Virus record (IMG/VR): IMGVR_UViG_3300014000_000001
Coordinates: 160,001 to 224,000 of that record
Source: a virus
Lineage: Duplodnaviria; Caudoviricetes
Strand: one strand, 5' to 3'
DNA: 64,000 nt
The position numbers and the translations under genes are program-made. Below, piece by piece: positions 20,867-30,344 of this stretch (the stretch's first letter is position 1; the number at the start of each line of letters is the position of its first letter). The notes under the pieces were generated by a model. It did no database searches. It had not been told where the DNA came from and was given only the letters and a program-made list of their open reading frames with translations.

Positions 20867-21682
20867 ATGGATATTGGTTTAAGTCATGTCATCACTGTAA
20901 ATGGTGAGATATACAATGCTTACTGGGATTTGTTTAACCCGAATCAAGCGATAGGTAATGTTCATAGCATCATGATCTTTGAAGAAGATATTCCGCTTGA
21001 TTCTTTGTTTCAAAGGCTCGATGAAGCCATAGCGACAGAGACGATTCAAGGTTCTTTTTATTTAAAAGATAAAACCCAAAGTATGTATAAGTTCGATGCT
21101 AACTATAGTGTCTTTATTGAAGCATTAGATGAAGATATTGATGTTAAGCAGTTCGTATTTGTATCTGATGGAGTTCCTTGGACGTTATGTAAGTTAGATA
21201 AACCTGTAACTGTGCGTGCTAATACTGAAGCGGTTTTTACATTTACCTCAACAGTATTGGTGAACAACAACGATAACATCGCCACTAACCTTTGGAACAT
21301 TAATGTTGATAAATTCAATATTAAATATGCAGCTATGGTCCATCCTGTTGAAGAGTTCTCACGTAATGTTCTGGCTTCGTCATCAAAAGCGTTATTGGAT
21401 GATCCTAGCGATGATACCATTGCTATTGCGCTTAAAAATGGAGTAGAGTTAAAACCTGATTATATTCTTGAACCTGGTAAGATTGGTATCCATATTAAGG
21501 CGAAAACTCGTAACGATGTTGTGGGGGTGAAAGCCATTTTCATTCGAATATTATGGAACCTAGGGATCATGATTTACATTGATTCAGTCACCTACGGTGG
21601 TGTTAAAATTGATAGTTTAACTCTAGCTCGCGGGCATGAACTGACGCTGGTGTTTGGTCTTAATTTTAAAGAGGTAACCTAA
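20867..21682 (+). CDS. Hypothetical protein (probable tail/baseplate)
   Basis: 271-aa beta-rich ORF in a structural operon. Confidence 0.55.
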   Translation: MDIGLSHVITVNGEIYNAYWDLFNPNQAIGNVHSIMIFEEDIPLDSLFQRLDEAIATETIQGSFYLKDKTQSMYKFDANYSVFIEALDEDIDVKQFVFVSDGVPWTLCKLDKPVTVRANTEAVFTFTSTVLVNNNDNIATNLWNINVDKFNIKYAAMVHPVEEFSRNVLASSSKALLDDPSDDTIAIALKNGVELKPDYILEPGKIGIHIKAKTRNDVVGVKAIFIRILWNLGIMIYIDSVTYGGVKIDSLTLARGHELTLVFGLNFKEVT

Positions 21683-21683
21683 A

Positions 21684-22253
21684 ATGGAATTAAGTATTGA
21701 TAATGAGAACCTTAAGTTTTTGTCTCCATTAGATCAAACTTATTCTCCATTTAGTGCTTATGCGAATGGTCGTGATATTCATCAAGAATTACATTCTTGG
21801 GAATTAAGGTTAGATAAAAACGAACTTATTTTATCTAATGAAGTTGGGGCGAGTTATAATCTCGGTGCACTCACAGAGGATAAGTTGGTACGGGTCACTC
21901 TGACCTTTTTCCAATTTGAAACCCCTTACTTTGCGCTAGAGTATAGTAATGGAGTGACTCGATTATTTAAATATAATCTAGTTGAGCGAGAATTAACTTA
22001 TTTGCTCGAACTAACCCATTATAAAAACTTAAGCTTATTTTATTCACGTGCGGTTCAGAAAGATAAAATTATGATGGCTGCAATCTTACCCGACGAAGGA
22101 GTTGTTCTAGGTGAATTTGATGTTGGGCAAGCAACATTTAAATTAGACCTTACAAAGAAGTATAGCAATACTGAGCAACTCAGGATTCATCGGTTTGGCA
22201 TTACAGTAACCAATCAATTGAAAATTGAAGTTGCTTCTTTGGATGAATCTTAA
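21684..22253 (+). CDS. Hypothetical protein (probable tail-associated)
   Basis: 189-aa ORF, AGAGGT RBS. Confidence 0.55.
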   Translation: MELSIDNENLKFLSPLDQTYSPFSAYANGRDIHQELHSWELRLDKNELILSNEVGASYNLGALTEDKLVRVTLTFFQFETPYFALEYSNGVTRLFKYNLVERELTYLLELTHYKNLSLFYSRAVQKDKIMMAAILPDEGVVLGEFDVGQATFKLDLTKKYSNTEQLRIHRFGITVTNQLKIEVASLDES

Positions 22254-22258
22254 AAATG

Positions 22259-22290
22259 GAATGAGCATGGTTTTTCCATGCTCATTCTTT
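22259..22290 (+). terminator. Hairpin, probable terminator
   Basis: gaatgagcatgg-ttttt-ccatgctcattc then ttt; argues that the track start at 22225 for the next gene is too early. Confidence 0.65.
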
Positions 22291-22314
22291 CATTATGTTA
22301 ATGTGGAGATCCAG

Positions 22315-25300
22315 ATGGATACAAAACAACGTAGACAACCCAAAGCTTTTTCGGGAAATCGCGCGACGGGACTAAGAGAGTTGTACTCGGCTACAGCCGG
22401 TGGTGTCGGTATTATTTCCATTCATGCTATTCAGAACGAAAATAAACGTTATAACACAATGGCAAATGTTCTTGCTCGTGCAGGTTCAGGAATCAAAACA
22501 GTTGATAAAGTAGACTCGGTTTTCTATAATCGTCAAACTTTAAAAGATGTATTCACTAATGCTGGTATTAAAACTCCAGAAGGATTTAAGATTAGCGTTA
22601 AGGATGAGTTCGAACATCCAATTTCTGAACAAGATGTCCTTAAGATTTTAAACGGACAATATCGTTGTGACTTCACTGAAGATGATATCAATGTCACTTA
22701 TATCAACGGCAACTATTATTCAATCGAAGCCTTGGAACAATCATTCGGTTATATCGGTAAATCTACATTAGGTATCGGAATTGAACGTGACGTTCCATTA
22801 GTCCCTACCGAAAATGCGTTGTTCGAATCAGAGCAAAGTACGTTAAGTAGCCTAATCCAAATCAATGGTCGAGAGTATGCGGTTACAAGTCCTAACCTTT
22901 ATGCTCAAGAAAAGGTAATCTTCCACGAGTTTACCAAAAATGATCAGAGTAAACTTGCTTACTTTTTAAACTTAAATGAAATTAGTTTAAACGCTTTGAT
23001 GCCTGTGGATATCTCCTCACGCCCAGCGGGTAGTAACCTAAACGAAACGGTTCGTCCAAGCAATGGTGAATTTATCTTATCGCCATTTGTGCCTGCTTTA
23101 GTGGATAAACCTATAGAAGCTCAAGACGTTGGTGTGGAACTGCGTTTCACGTCATGGTTGACCAGTCTTGAGATGATTGATTCTGTGTTTGAAATAAAAG
23201 TGAATGGGGTAGTTACCACCTTAACACATATCAATGCGAATAGTACTGATCTTACTATTGATACCGCTAATGATGTATTGATTGTAAGCAATAATACTTA
23301 CGCACCTGTAGCTATCCAGCTCCGTGCTAAAACTATTTCTTTAGCTGCTTTAGAAGATCCTCGTTTTACTTTCATTCGCACTGAAGATCAGCCTGAGTTA
23401 GTGGACGGTTATGAGGTTTACGGTTATACCTTAGCAGCTAAGCAAAAACCTTTAGAGCTACTACGAGTTACCCCACATATACCAAATACGTCAAACTACG
23501 CGGTATTGCTTGCTCGTTTAGGTGCAGTGATTGGTGAAGAACCAGAAGTGGTTGAAGAAGGACAAGAGATTGTAGAGATTAAAACCCTCAATCAAGACCA
23601 TGACCCACAATGGATGTACGAAGAAACAATCACTGTATCTGGGTTAGATAAAGTGGTGAATGCATCTCTGATCAAAAACGGGGTGAAGTTTCTTGATGCT
23701 TTCGCAATAGATCAAGAACAGTGGGAAATTCTACAAAAGGTAGATTTAAACCAAACCACTCTTACGATAACTCGCACCAATCAAAACAAAATTGAAAGTA
23801 CCCAAGGTTATTCGGTTAACCAGTTGTTGGCTCGTGGTATTTGGGATGACGCTTTAGGGTTATTCATTTTTGCCTTCGAATGTAAAGATGATTGGGAAGG
23901 TTCTACTAAAGTTGTTTATAATGGCAATACATTATTCCTAAACACCACAGTTGAACTTAAAACTACTCGTGACCTAACTAAAACATATTTACCTAAATTC
24001 TCAATTGTAGATCAAGAACAATGGGAGATTTTAAAACAGGCTAAACCTGAATGGGTGACAAAGTTTGGACAGAATGCTTTTAAAGGTTCTCCTGTGTTGG
24101 TGAGTCAAGACGGATTTTCATTAACTTACGATATCACCCCAACACCTGCAGAGGTTGATTTAGGTTATGTTGAAACCGAGTTTTTAGTAGCTTTGGCATT
24201 TAGTGCGCAAATCAAACCGATCTTAGATCGTGCAATTGAGAAAGTTGAAACCAATCAATTAACTACTCCGTTAATTCGCATTGTTGCTTCAGGTCCTTAT
24301 CTATCTGGTACAGTGTACAGTTTGACGCACGGTCAATACATTGCGAATGGGTTTAAAGATTATTATCTTGACGAAGCATCTGGTGATTATACTATTGTTG
24401 CACGTTATAAAACTCGAATCAATTTAGAACCTAATTTTGATTTAAGTAATCCTGCCAATGTAATTGATCGTATTGATAATGTAGGTACCTTTGAAGTTAC
24501 TTTTGATGCAGATGGTGTGTACGGTGCGGTATTTAAAAATAATGTGGTACGCCAACATAATGTATTGAACTCACTGAGTTTTAATACTCCAGCTTTACCA
24601 TCACCACACTTAATTATCGCCGATCCTTCTTTGGTCGATAATGCGGCTGTTGTAAATAAATTAAATTCCATCTTACCAGCAGGTTATACTCTTGCTAACA
24701 CTACAGCTTTGAGTTTAATTACTCAAGCAACGGATAGTGACCTCAATGTAAATGTTGGTCGTGATTTAACAGGGGTATCAACTTACCATGCATACATTGT
24801 GATGGCTGAGTTAGTAGCAACTCCAGAACAAATTACACGCCTACACCATGCTAAAAATAAGGTCGTGGTAAATGGGATGGTTTTGAACGCAGATGCGTTT
24901 ATCAATAGTTTACTCTTGATTAATGGAAGCTATTATTATCTATTCCCAATCGAGATCATTAATAGTAAGCAAGTTGATTTGAATATCATTATCGATTTAG
25001 ATGGCGATGGAGGTATTTATCTCAGTGGTAATACATCTATCACGATCAACATGCAGGTAATCGAACCCCCTTTATCTGTGTTTATGTTGGTTGACCAAGA
25101 TGCTGATGATCAATCACAACAAGCATTATTAACACACAGCATAGCGTCAGGTTATCCTACGGTTGTTGTTCCAAATGACTCACCGTTTGATTGCTATAAA
25201 ACACCACAAATGGCAATTCACGGGTTAACTTTTAATACTGATGAAAATCATGATGTAACTATAGATGGTAGTATCAACGGTATTGATGAGAATACATTAG

Positions 25301-28300
25301 TTGCTGTTGAATTCATGCTTTATATTACTAAAGCTGAGTTGGATGCACGCGCTGACAACACTGATGTTATCGGTAAGATCACGAAAGCTAATACCAACCA
25401 TTCATTGGATATCACCAACGCATTGATTAAACGTCAAAGCTATATCAAAAATGGGAATCTATATTTCTACAGTTTGATTAAGTTAGGTGAAGCAGGTGGC
25501 TTTAATGGTGAGTATAATATCACTATTGATTGGGATGGTTTAGATAGTGATGACAGCTACATCATTGATGGCGTTGACCATAACTCATTCTACAAACAAA
25601 GTTTAGATTTTATCCTTGATGTGAATGCGGTGTTCTTACCGCGTGATTTGGTCTCACCTAAATTCACATGGGTGGCTGGTGCTAAGCAGCAGGAGTTGTA
25701 CACTGATCTAGCTACTGGTTTGCTTCCAATTCCAAACATCTTACAAAATGATTTGATTGAAGTAGATTATGTTGGTTTCACTAAGGTTGGTGGGGTTGCA
25801 AGTACAACTGTGATCATTCCGCTTGAATCTGCAGGCAAGAAGACTGTTTGGTTTGCTCAGACTGATTTAGATGATGCAACCTATGCAGTATTTAATCAAG
25901 CTAAGGTGATGTGGAACGACCCATTGGTGAATGGAGGTGCAACTTATCAGACTGACGCAGTTTACCTCAAATCACAATTGTTTAAACGCGATGGGGTTTA
26001 CTACCTTCCAATCTTATTAGATCTTGTAGATAACGTTTCAGATATCACAATTGATATCGATTTGGATGCAGGCGGTAAGAAATACAAATCTACCTCATCA
26101 ACATTAAAACGCGTTATAACCACTACAGCTCAAAAACAATCTCCAACCTTTGGCTGGGCAAATAATCAAGAAGAATTGTTTACTGCATTTAAAGCAGGGC
26201 AGCTTGTATTCCCAACCGTTACTTCGAATGAAGTTGTGGATAGCGCTTACGTTACTTACACTTCGGTGACTTCGATAGATCTATCTGCAAATGTTATTAG
26301 TCGCGATAATAACATGATGGTTGGATTTTTACAATTCCTAGGTAGTGAAGAAATATATGCTATTTTAAGCAATGATACTACATTTAAGCGTTCAATTGAT
26401 GGAGTTGAGTCAACATTAACGTGGAACCAACTTAAACCTGAGTTGGTGAAATATCAAAACAAATATTATCTGTTGATGAAACACACAATAGATAAGACTC
26501 AATCTCAAGCAGAGATTAGTTTTGACGTTGATGGTGCTGGAGTTAAATTCACTCCATCTTCAACTACATTGATTGCAAGTGTTACTTGGATTGCTCAAAA
26601 ACAATCACCAAACTTCATTATCGCTCCGAATCAAAAAGAGTTATTAGTGCAAGCGCGTTTAGGATTAAACCCTAGATTGGTGGGTAATCCTGAAGACCTA
26701 GCTGATCCAAATGGAGTGACTTATGAACTCACCGATACAACATTCAAAGCAACATATCTAGCGGAAGAAGAAGGCGCTGTCCCAGTCTTCGTTAAGTTAA
26801 ACGCTAGTGAGTCAGAATTTGCTAAGCTGGGCGATCAAATCAAGTTTGGACGAATCACTGAAGAAGACCCAGATTCTTTCATGGATCTTGGTTGGGAAGA
26901 GTTGAATGATTACATGTTATTCACTTATAACGGTGAGAAGTATTTGATCCTTCATTCTGGTATAGTTAGTGGTTCAATGGTTGATGGGTTCTTACTGGAT
27001 GCCGATGGCGATAAGTTAGAATACTTACCGTCTAAATCTTACTTACAAGCTTCTGTAGAGTTTGTTGAATCAATTGCATCTCCAAGAATGTATTTCCAAG
27101 GTGATCAGCTTGCAATGATGGAATCCTTAGATTCTACTTGGGTGAAAGGCAATGAAGTTAAGGTAGTGGAACAAGGTGGATCAATGATCTACCTAGATGT
27201 GACCACACAGAATCAGATCAAAGCATTACGAGTAAGTTATCTTACTGATTTCACAGATGAGTTGTTTGATGCAATTAATAGTACAACCACATTGGTAATT
27301 AGAAATGAACTCACCAATGAGGAAAATACATACACAGGTACTGCAATCAAAACAATGTTTACCAAAGGTGATGACGGTTATCGTGGTAACCTAGATCTGA
27401 ATAAATTAGATCATCATCTAAAAGTGAGTTTTATACTTGATATCGATGGAACAGGTCGTGTGTATAAAGCAACAACTTCTACACTTGAAGTAGTGTCTAA
27501 CTGGATCGATCCTGTAATGTCGCCTGTTTATACCTTGGCCTCTAATCAACAAGATCTTTATACTCAGTTCCTAGCTGGTAACTTAAGTATTAAGCCTGAA
27601 ACGGTGAATAAACATTGGGTAAGTTTAGAGGACATTACTTACATCACGACCACCCCAACTGAGTTCTCCGTTAACGTGATCAATACTGCCGACCCAGGTG
27701 AGACTTTCATGCTCTTCACTGAAATCAATATCAGTGATGCTCAGGTTGCCGCACTTACCAATAATGCCACCCTTGATCGTGGGTATGGAGTTGAAAACTT
27801 TAAAGACTTTATTGCGCAGAATCTCTTTAAGTATAATGGTAAATGCTATTTTGTTGAGGAAATTTCTGCTGAAGAGTCTTTAACGATTGATAAACGTACC
27901 TTTAAAGTGGATCTCGATGGTAATAATCCATATTACATTCAGTCTTCAGCTGATCATCGTATCTTGGTAAATGCTATCGCACAGAAGCAATCACCACTGA
28001 TTACCTTTGCGCCTAACCAAGCGGAAATTATTAATAAGGTACGAAGTGGGGAGATTGCTTTACCGAGCGGTAATGATAAAGATTATCTTCTCCCAAGTGA
28101 GAATATTACCTATCTTACGCTTAACGATTATGAGTTAAAGGCAACGTATATACCACAACGGATTGAATCAAACAACGAAGATATGGTCTTTAGCTTCTTC
28201 ATTAAAGTAGGGCTAACTAAGGATCAATACGATGCATTAGATGATACCACAACCTTTAGTATCAAGGCTGGGGAGAATGGTGTCGTTACTCCGCTTCCTG

Positions 28301-29034
28301 GTGAGATACTTAAAGCATTTCTGTTGGTAGATGGTGAAAATTATTATATCCTTTCACGTGGTAATGTTCTTCCAAATAGCATGACCTTGGTCATGGATCT
28401 AGATGGTTCAGCGAATGTATATCTTCCCACCACAGCTTTATTACATCTAGGTGTGTCTGAGGAGATCGTTATTAGCTGTGATGATGCCCCACGTCAAACT
28501 CAGTATGTGGCGATTGATGGGAAATTTATAATTAAGCTTGATGGAGAAGAAATTGACCCACATCAAACTCAGGTGGTGAGTTTGACTGAAGCTACTAACG
28601 CGATGAGTGTGGAGGAGATGATTCAATACTTTAATATTGATCACCCTGAACACAATATTGTGGTTGAACCATATTTAGAGATCTCTTGTGAGGGTTCTCC
28701 AAATGAGAGTCAGTGTTTGAAATTGACAGGTCTTTGGGATGTATTCATTGATGAAGTGAAGGTATTGAGTGGAGTCGAAGGTAGTGAACTTCCAACAGAA
28801 CTTAATAATTTAAATGGATCTGTGGTGTTAAAACCATGTGAAGAGATTCCTCCTGAGCCAGTGATTGAACCAAACGCATTTTTAGGACAGGTTAATTTAA
28901 AGCAAGGTCGATATGCTGAAGTTCTAGTAGATGGTAAATCCATTCGTACAGATATCAGGAATTTCGCAGTACTCCAAATTGCTTTAGAAAGCCAAGGCAT
29001 CTTATTCACTGAAATCAGTGATATGCTATCATAA
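22315..29034 (+). CDS. Giant repetitive virion fibre/scaffold protein (~2240 aa)
   Basis: ATG 22315 follows GGAG RBS and lies downstream of a hairpin and TATG. N-terminal FYNRxxL..LNxxY..SFGYIG domain typical of phiKZ-like tail proteins; about nine SP..Q / DxDG repeats; C-terminal half-modules. Confidence 0.7.
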   Translation: MDTKQRRQPKAFSGNRATGLRELYSATAGGVGIISIHAIQNENKRYNTMANVLARAGSGIKTVDKVDSVFYNRQTLKDVFTNAGIKTPEGFKISVKDEFEHPISEQDVLKILNGQYRCDFTEDDINVTYINGNYYSIEALEQSFGYIGKSTLGIGIERDVPLVPTENALFESEQSTLSSLIQINGREYAVTSPNLYAQEKVIFHEFTKNDQSKLAYFLNLNEISLNALMPVDISSRPAGSNLNETVRPSNGEFILSPFVPALVDKPIEAQDVGVELRFTSWLTSLEMIDSVFEIKVNGVVTTLTHINANSTDLTIDTANDVLIVSNNTYAPVAIQLRAKTISLAALEDPRFTFIRTEDQPELVDGYEVYGYTLAAKQKPLELLRVTPHIPNTSNYAVLLARLGAVIGEEPEVVEEGQEIVEIKTLNQDHDPQWMYEETITVSGLDKVVNASLIKNGVKFLDAFAIDQEQWEILQKVDLNQTTLTITRTNQNKIESTQGYSVNQLLARGIWDDALGLFIFAFECKDDWEGSTKVVYNGNTLFLNTTVELKTTRDLTKTYLPKFSIVDQEQWEILKQAKPEWVTKFGQNAFKGSPVLVSQDGFSLTYDITPTPAEVDLGYVETEFLVALAFSAQIKPILDRAIEKVETNQLTTPLIRIVASGPYLSGTVYSLTHGQYIANGFKDYYLDEASGDYTIVARYKTRINLEPNFDLSNPANVIDRIDNVGTFEVTFDADGVYGAVFKNNVVRQHNVLNSLSFNTPALPSPHLIIADPSLVDNAAVVNKLNSILPAGYTLANTTALSLITQATDSDLNVNVGRDLTGVSTYHAYIVMAELVATPEQITRLHHAKNKVVVNGMVLNADAFINSLLLINGSYYYLFPIEIINSKQVDLNIIIDLDGDGGIYLSGNTSITINMQVIEPPLSVFMLVDQDADDQSQQALLTHSIASGYPTVVVPNDSPFDCYKTPQMAIHGLTFNTDENHDVTIDGSINGIDENTLVAVEFMLYITKAELDARADNTDVIGKITKANTNHSLDITNALIKRQSYIKNGNLYFYSLIKLGEAGGFNGEYNITIDWDGLDSDDSYIIDGVDHNSFYKQSLDFILDVNAVFLPRDLVSPKFTWVAGAKQQELYTDLATGLLPIPNILQNDLIEVDYVGFTKVGGVASTTVIIPLESAGKKTVWFAQTDLDDATYAVFNQAKVMWNDPLVNGGATYQTDAVYLKSQLFKRDGVYYLPILLDLVDNVSDITIDIDLDAGGKKYKSTSSTLKRVITTTAQKQSPTFGWANNQEELFTAFKAGQLVFPTVTSNEVVDSAYVTYTSVTSIDLSANVISRDNNMMVGFLQFLGSEEIYAILSNDTTFKRSIDGVESTLTWNQLKPELVKYQNKYYLLMKHTIDKTQSQAEISFDVDGAGVKFTPSSTTLIASVTWIAQKQSPNFIIAPNQKELLVQARLGLNPRLVGNPEDLADPNGVTYELTDTTFKATYLAEEEGAVPVFVKLNASESEFAKLGDQIKFGRITEEDPDSFMDLGWEELNDYMLFTYNGEKYLILHSGIVSGSMVDGFLLDADGDKLEYLPSKSYLQASVEFVESIASPRMYFQGDQLAMMESLDSTWVKGNEVKVVEQGGSMIYLDVTTQNQIKALRVSYLTDFTDELFDAINSTTTLVIRNELTNEENTYTGTAIKTMFTKGDDGYRGNLDLNKLDHHLKVSFILDIDGTGRVYKATTSTLEVVSNWIDPVMSPVYTLASNQQDLYTQFLAGNLSIKPETVNKHWVSLEDITYITTTPTEFSVNVINTADPGETFMLFTEINISDAQVAALTNNATLDRGYGVENFKDFIAQNLFKYNGKCYFVEEISAEESLTIDKRTFKVDLDGNNPYYIQSSADHRILVNAIAQKQSPLITFAPNQAEIINKVRSGEIALPSGNDKDYLLPSENITYLTLNDYELKATYIPQRIESNNEDMVFSFFIKVGLTKDQYDALDDTTTFSIKAGENGVVTPLPGEILKAFLLVDGENYYILSRGNVLPNSMTLVMDLDGSANVYLPTTALLHLGVSEEIVISCDDAPRQTQYVAIDGKFIIKLDGEEIDPHQTQVVSLTEATNAMSVEEMIQYFNIDHPEHNIVVEPYLEISCEGSPNESQCLKLTGLWDVFIDEVKVLSGVEGSELPTELNNLNGSVVLKPCEEIPPEPVIEPNAFLGQVNLKQGRYAEVLVDGKSIRTDIRNFAVLQIALESQGILFTEISDMLS

Positions 29035-29040
29035 ATCAAA

Positions 29041-29071
29041 TAAGAGTGAGGGTGTATATCCCTCACTCTTA
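29041..29071 (+). terminator. Intergenic hairpin (terminator or processing site)
   Basis: taagagtgaggg-tgtatat-ccctcactctta. Confidence 0.6.
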
Positions 29072-29087
29072 TAACAGGATGAAACCA

Positions 29088-30338
29088 ATGACTACATTAA
29101 AAGATGATAAGATTTTAGCCGCATTAATATCAGGAAGCAGATATCCTTATAATGGAGATCTTAGTGATGTCCTTAATGGTAACCTACATTTGTTAAATTT
29201 AGATGATAAATCTAAAGAGATTGAAATTAGATGGAAGAAAGGAGACGATGAACCCTATATCGACTATCCTGATAATTTAAATAATAGTACGGGTAAACTA
29301 ACCACTGAAGTTGTTGGAGGAATTACCTATAACGTATATAAAGTAACACTAGGTGCAAACCCGCAAGAACCGCAGTTAGATCGAATTGCTGCAGGTTATT
29401 CAGAAAGTTTAGCCACAAGCTATGGCATTGATTTAGCAGGATCTATGGATCTCGCTTATAAGCCCACATTACTAGGTAACTGGGTAGAGGGTAGAACTGA
29501 TCTCAATGATTACGCGTTCGCTCAATTTGGTTTAATGGCGAGCGAAACGCGTTGGGAAAAAGATGGACGCAGAGTGAATGGGTTTTATCTCCATAACCTG
29601 TTAGATCAACCCCAAACCCTTACAGTTATCGAAATAAAAGGAACTGGACTAGATAAGGTTCCTTTAAACACCTATAAGTTAGTTAATGCGCAAGTTTACG
29701 GATCTACTGCATTATCTCAGATCACAGACAATAATGTTTCAGGTGGATACACTTATGAAATCCAGTTAGAAGCTTGTAACTACAGTACTCCAAATGGTGT
29801 GGATATCCATATTCCTAGCATCAACGAATATGTGTGGAAAGATACAAACAACGAAGATATGGTTTCTTTTGGTTTCGCTTTTAGTACCCATGAAAATCCA
29901 GGGAAAGTATATTTTGCAGTAGTGGATAAGAAACTATCCAATATATCTTTTTCGGATATCGCTTACAATATCAGTTCAGCAATCCAAACGAATTACCCCG
30001 AAATAAACATGGATTATATCTTGGCCCCAGATATTTGGAATGGAACTTTCGTTCTAGATGGTATTCTAGAAGATATAGGATCCGAGGGAGATAAGAGTAT
30101 CAATATAAGACTATATGGGGCTAATAAATGGTCTGGTCGAATGGGGAATATCGATGATTATACATTGATTATGGTTGATCCAGAATATGACTTTGCATTA
30201 GATCATAAGGTGATCAACATTGGTAGAAACCCTTCTTTTTTATCCGATGTGAATTATCAGGGTGAGCAGGCTATTATACATAAACCATACCCGTTAATCA
30301 CAACCGGTTTCAAACTTATTAATAGTCGAGTGGAGTAA
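29088..30338 (+). CDS. Putative fibre-associated/receptor-binding protein
   Basis: ATG 29088 lies 8 nt after AGGA; track start 29046 falls inside the hairpin. Shares module fragments with neighbours. Confidence 0.6.
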   Translation: MTTLKDDKILAALISGSRYPYNGDLSDVLNGNLHLLNLDDKSKEIEIRWKKGDDEPYIDYPDNLNNSTGKLTTEVVGGITYNVYKVTLGANPQEPQLDRIAAGYSESLATSYGIDLAGSMDLAYKPTLLGNWVEGRTDLNDYAFAQFGLMASETRWEKDGRRVNGFYLHNLLDQPQTLTVIEIKGTGLDKVPLNTYKLVNAQVYGSTALSQITDNNVSGGYTYEIQLEACNYSTPNGVDIHIPSINEYVWKDTNNEDMVSFGFAFSTHENPGKVYFAVVDKKLSNISFSDIAYNISSAIQTNYPEINMDYILAPDIWNGTFVLDGILEDIGSEGDKSINIRLYGANKWSGRMGNIDDYTLIMVDPEYDFALDHKVINIGRNPSFLSDVNYQGEQAIIHKPYPLITTGFKLINSRVE

Positions 30339-30344
30339 TAGTGG

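Noticed and set aside
22225-22314. Track start of the 2269-aa ORF (and similar early starts at 29046, 33531, 35588, 36180, 43246, 45067)
   Set aside because: These extensions overlap upstream genes, hairpins or the RBS itself; downstream starts fit RBS spacing or gene coupling better.
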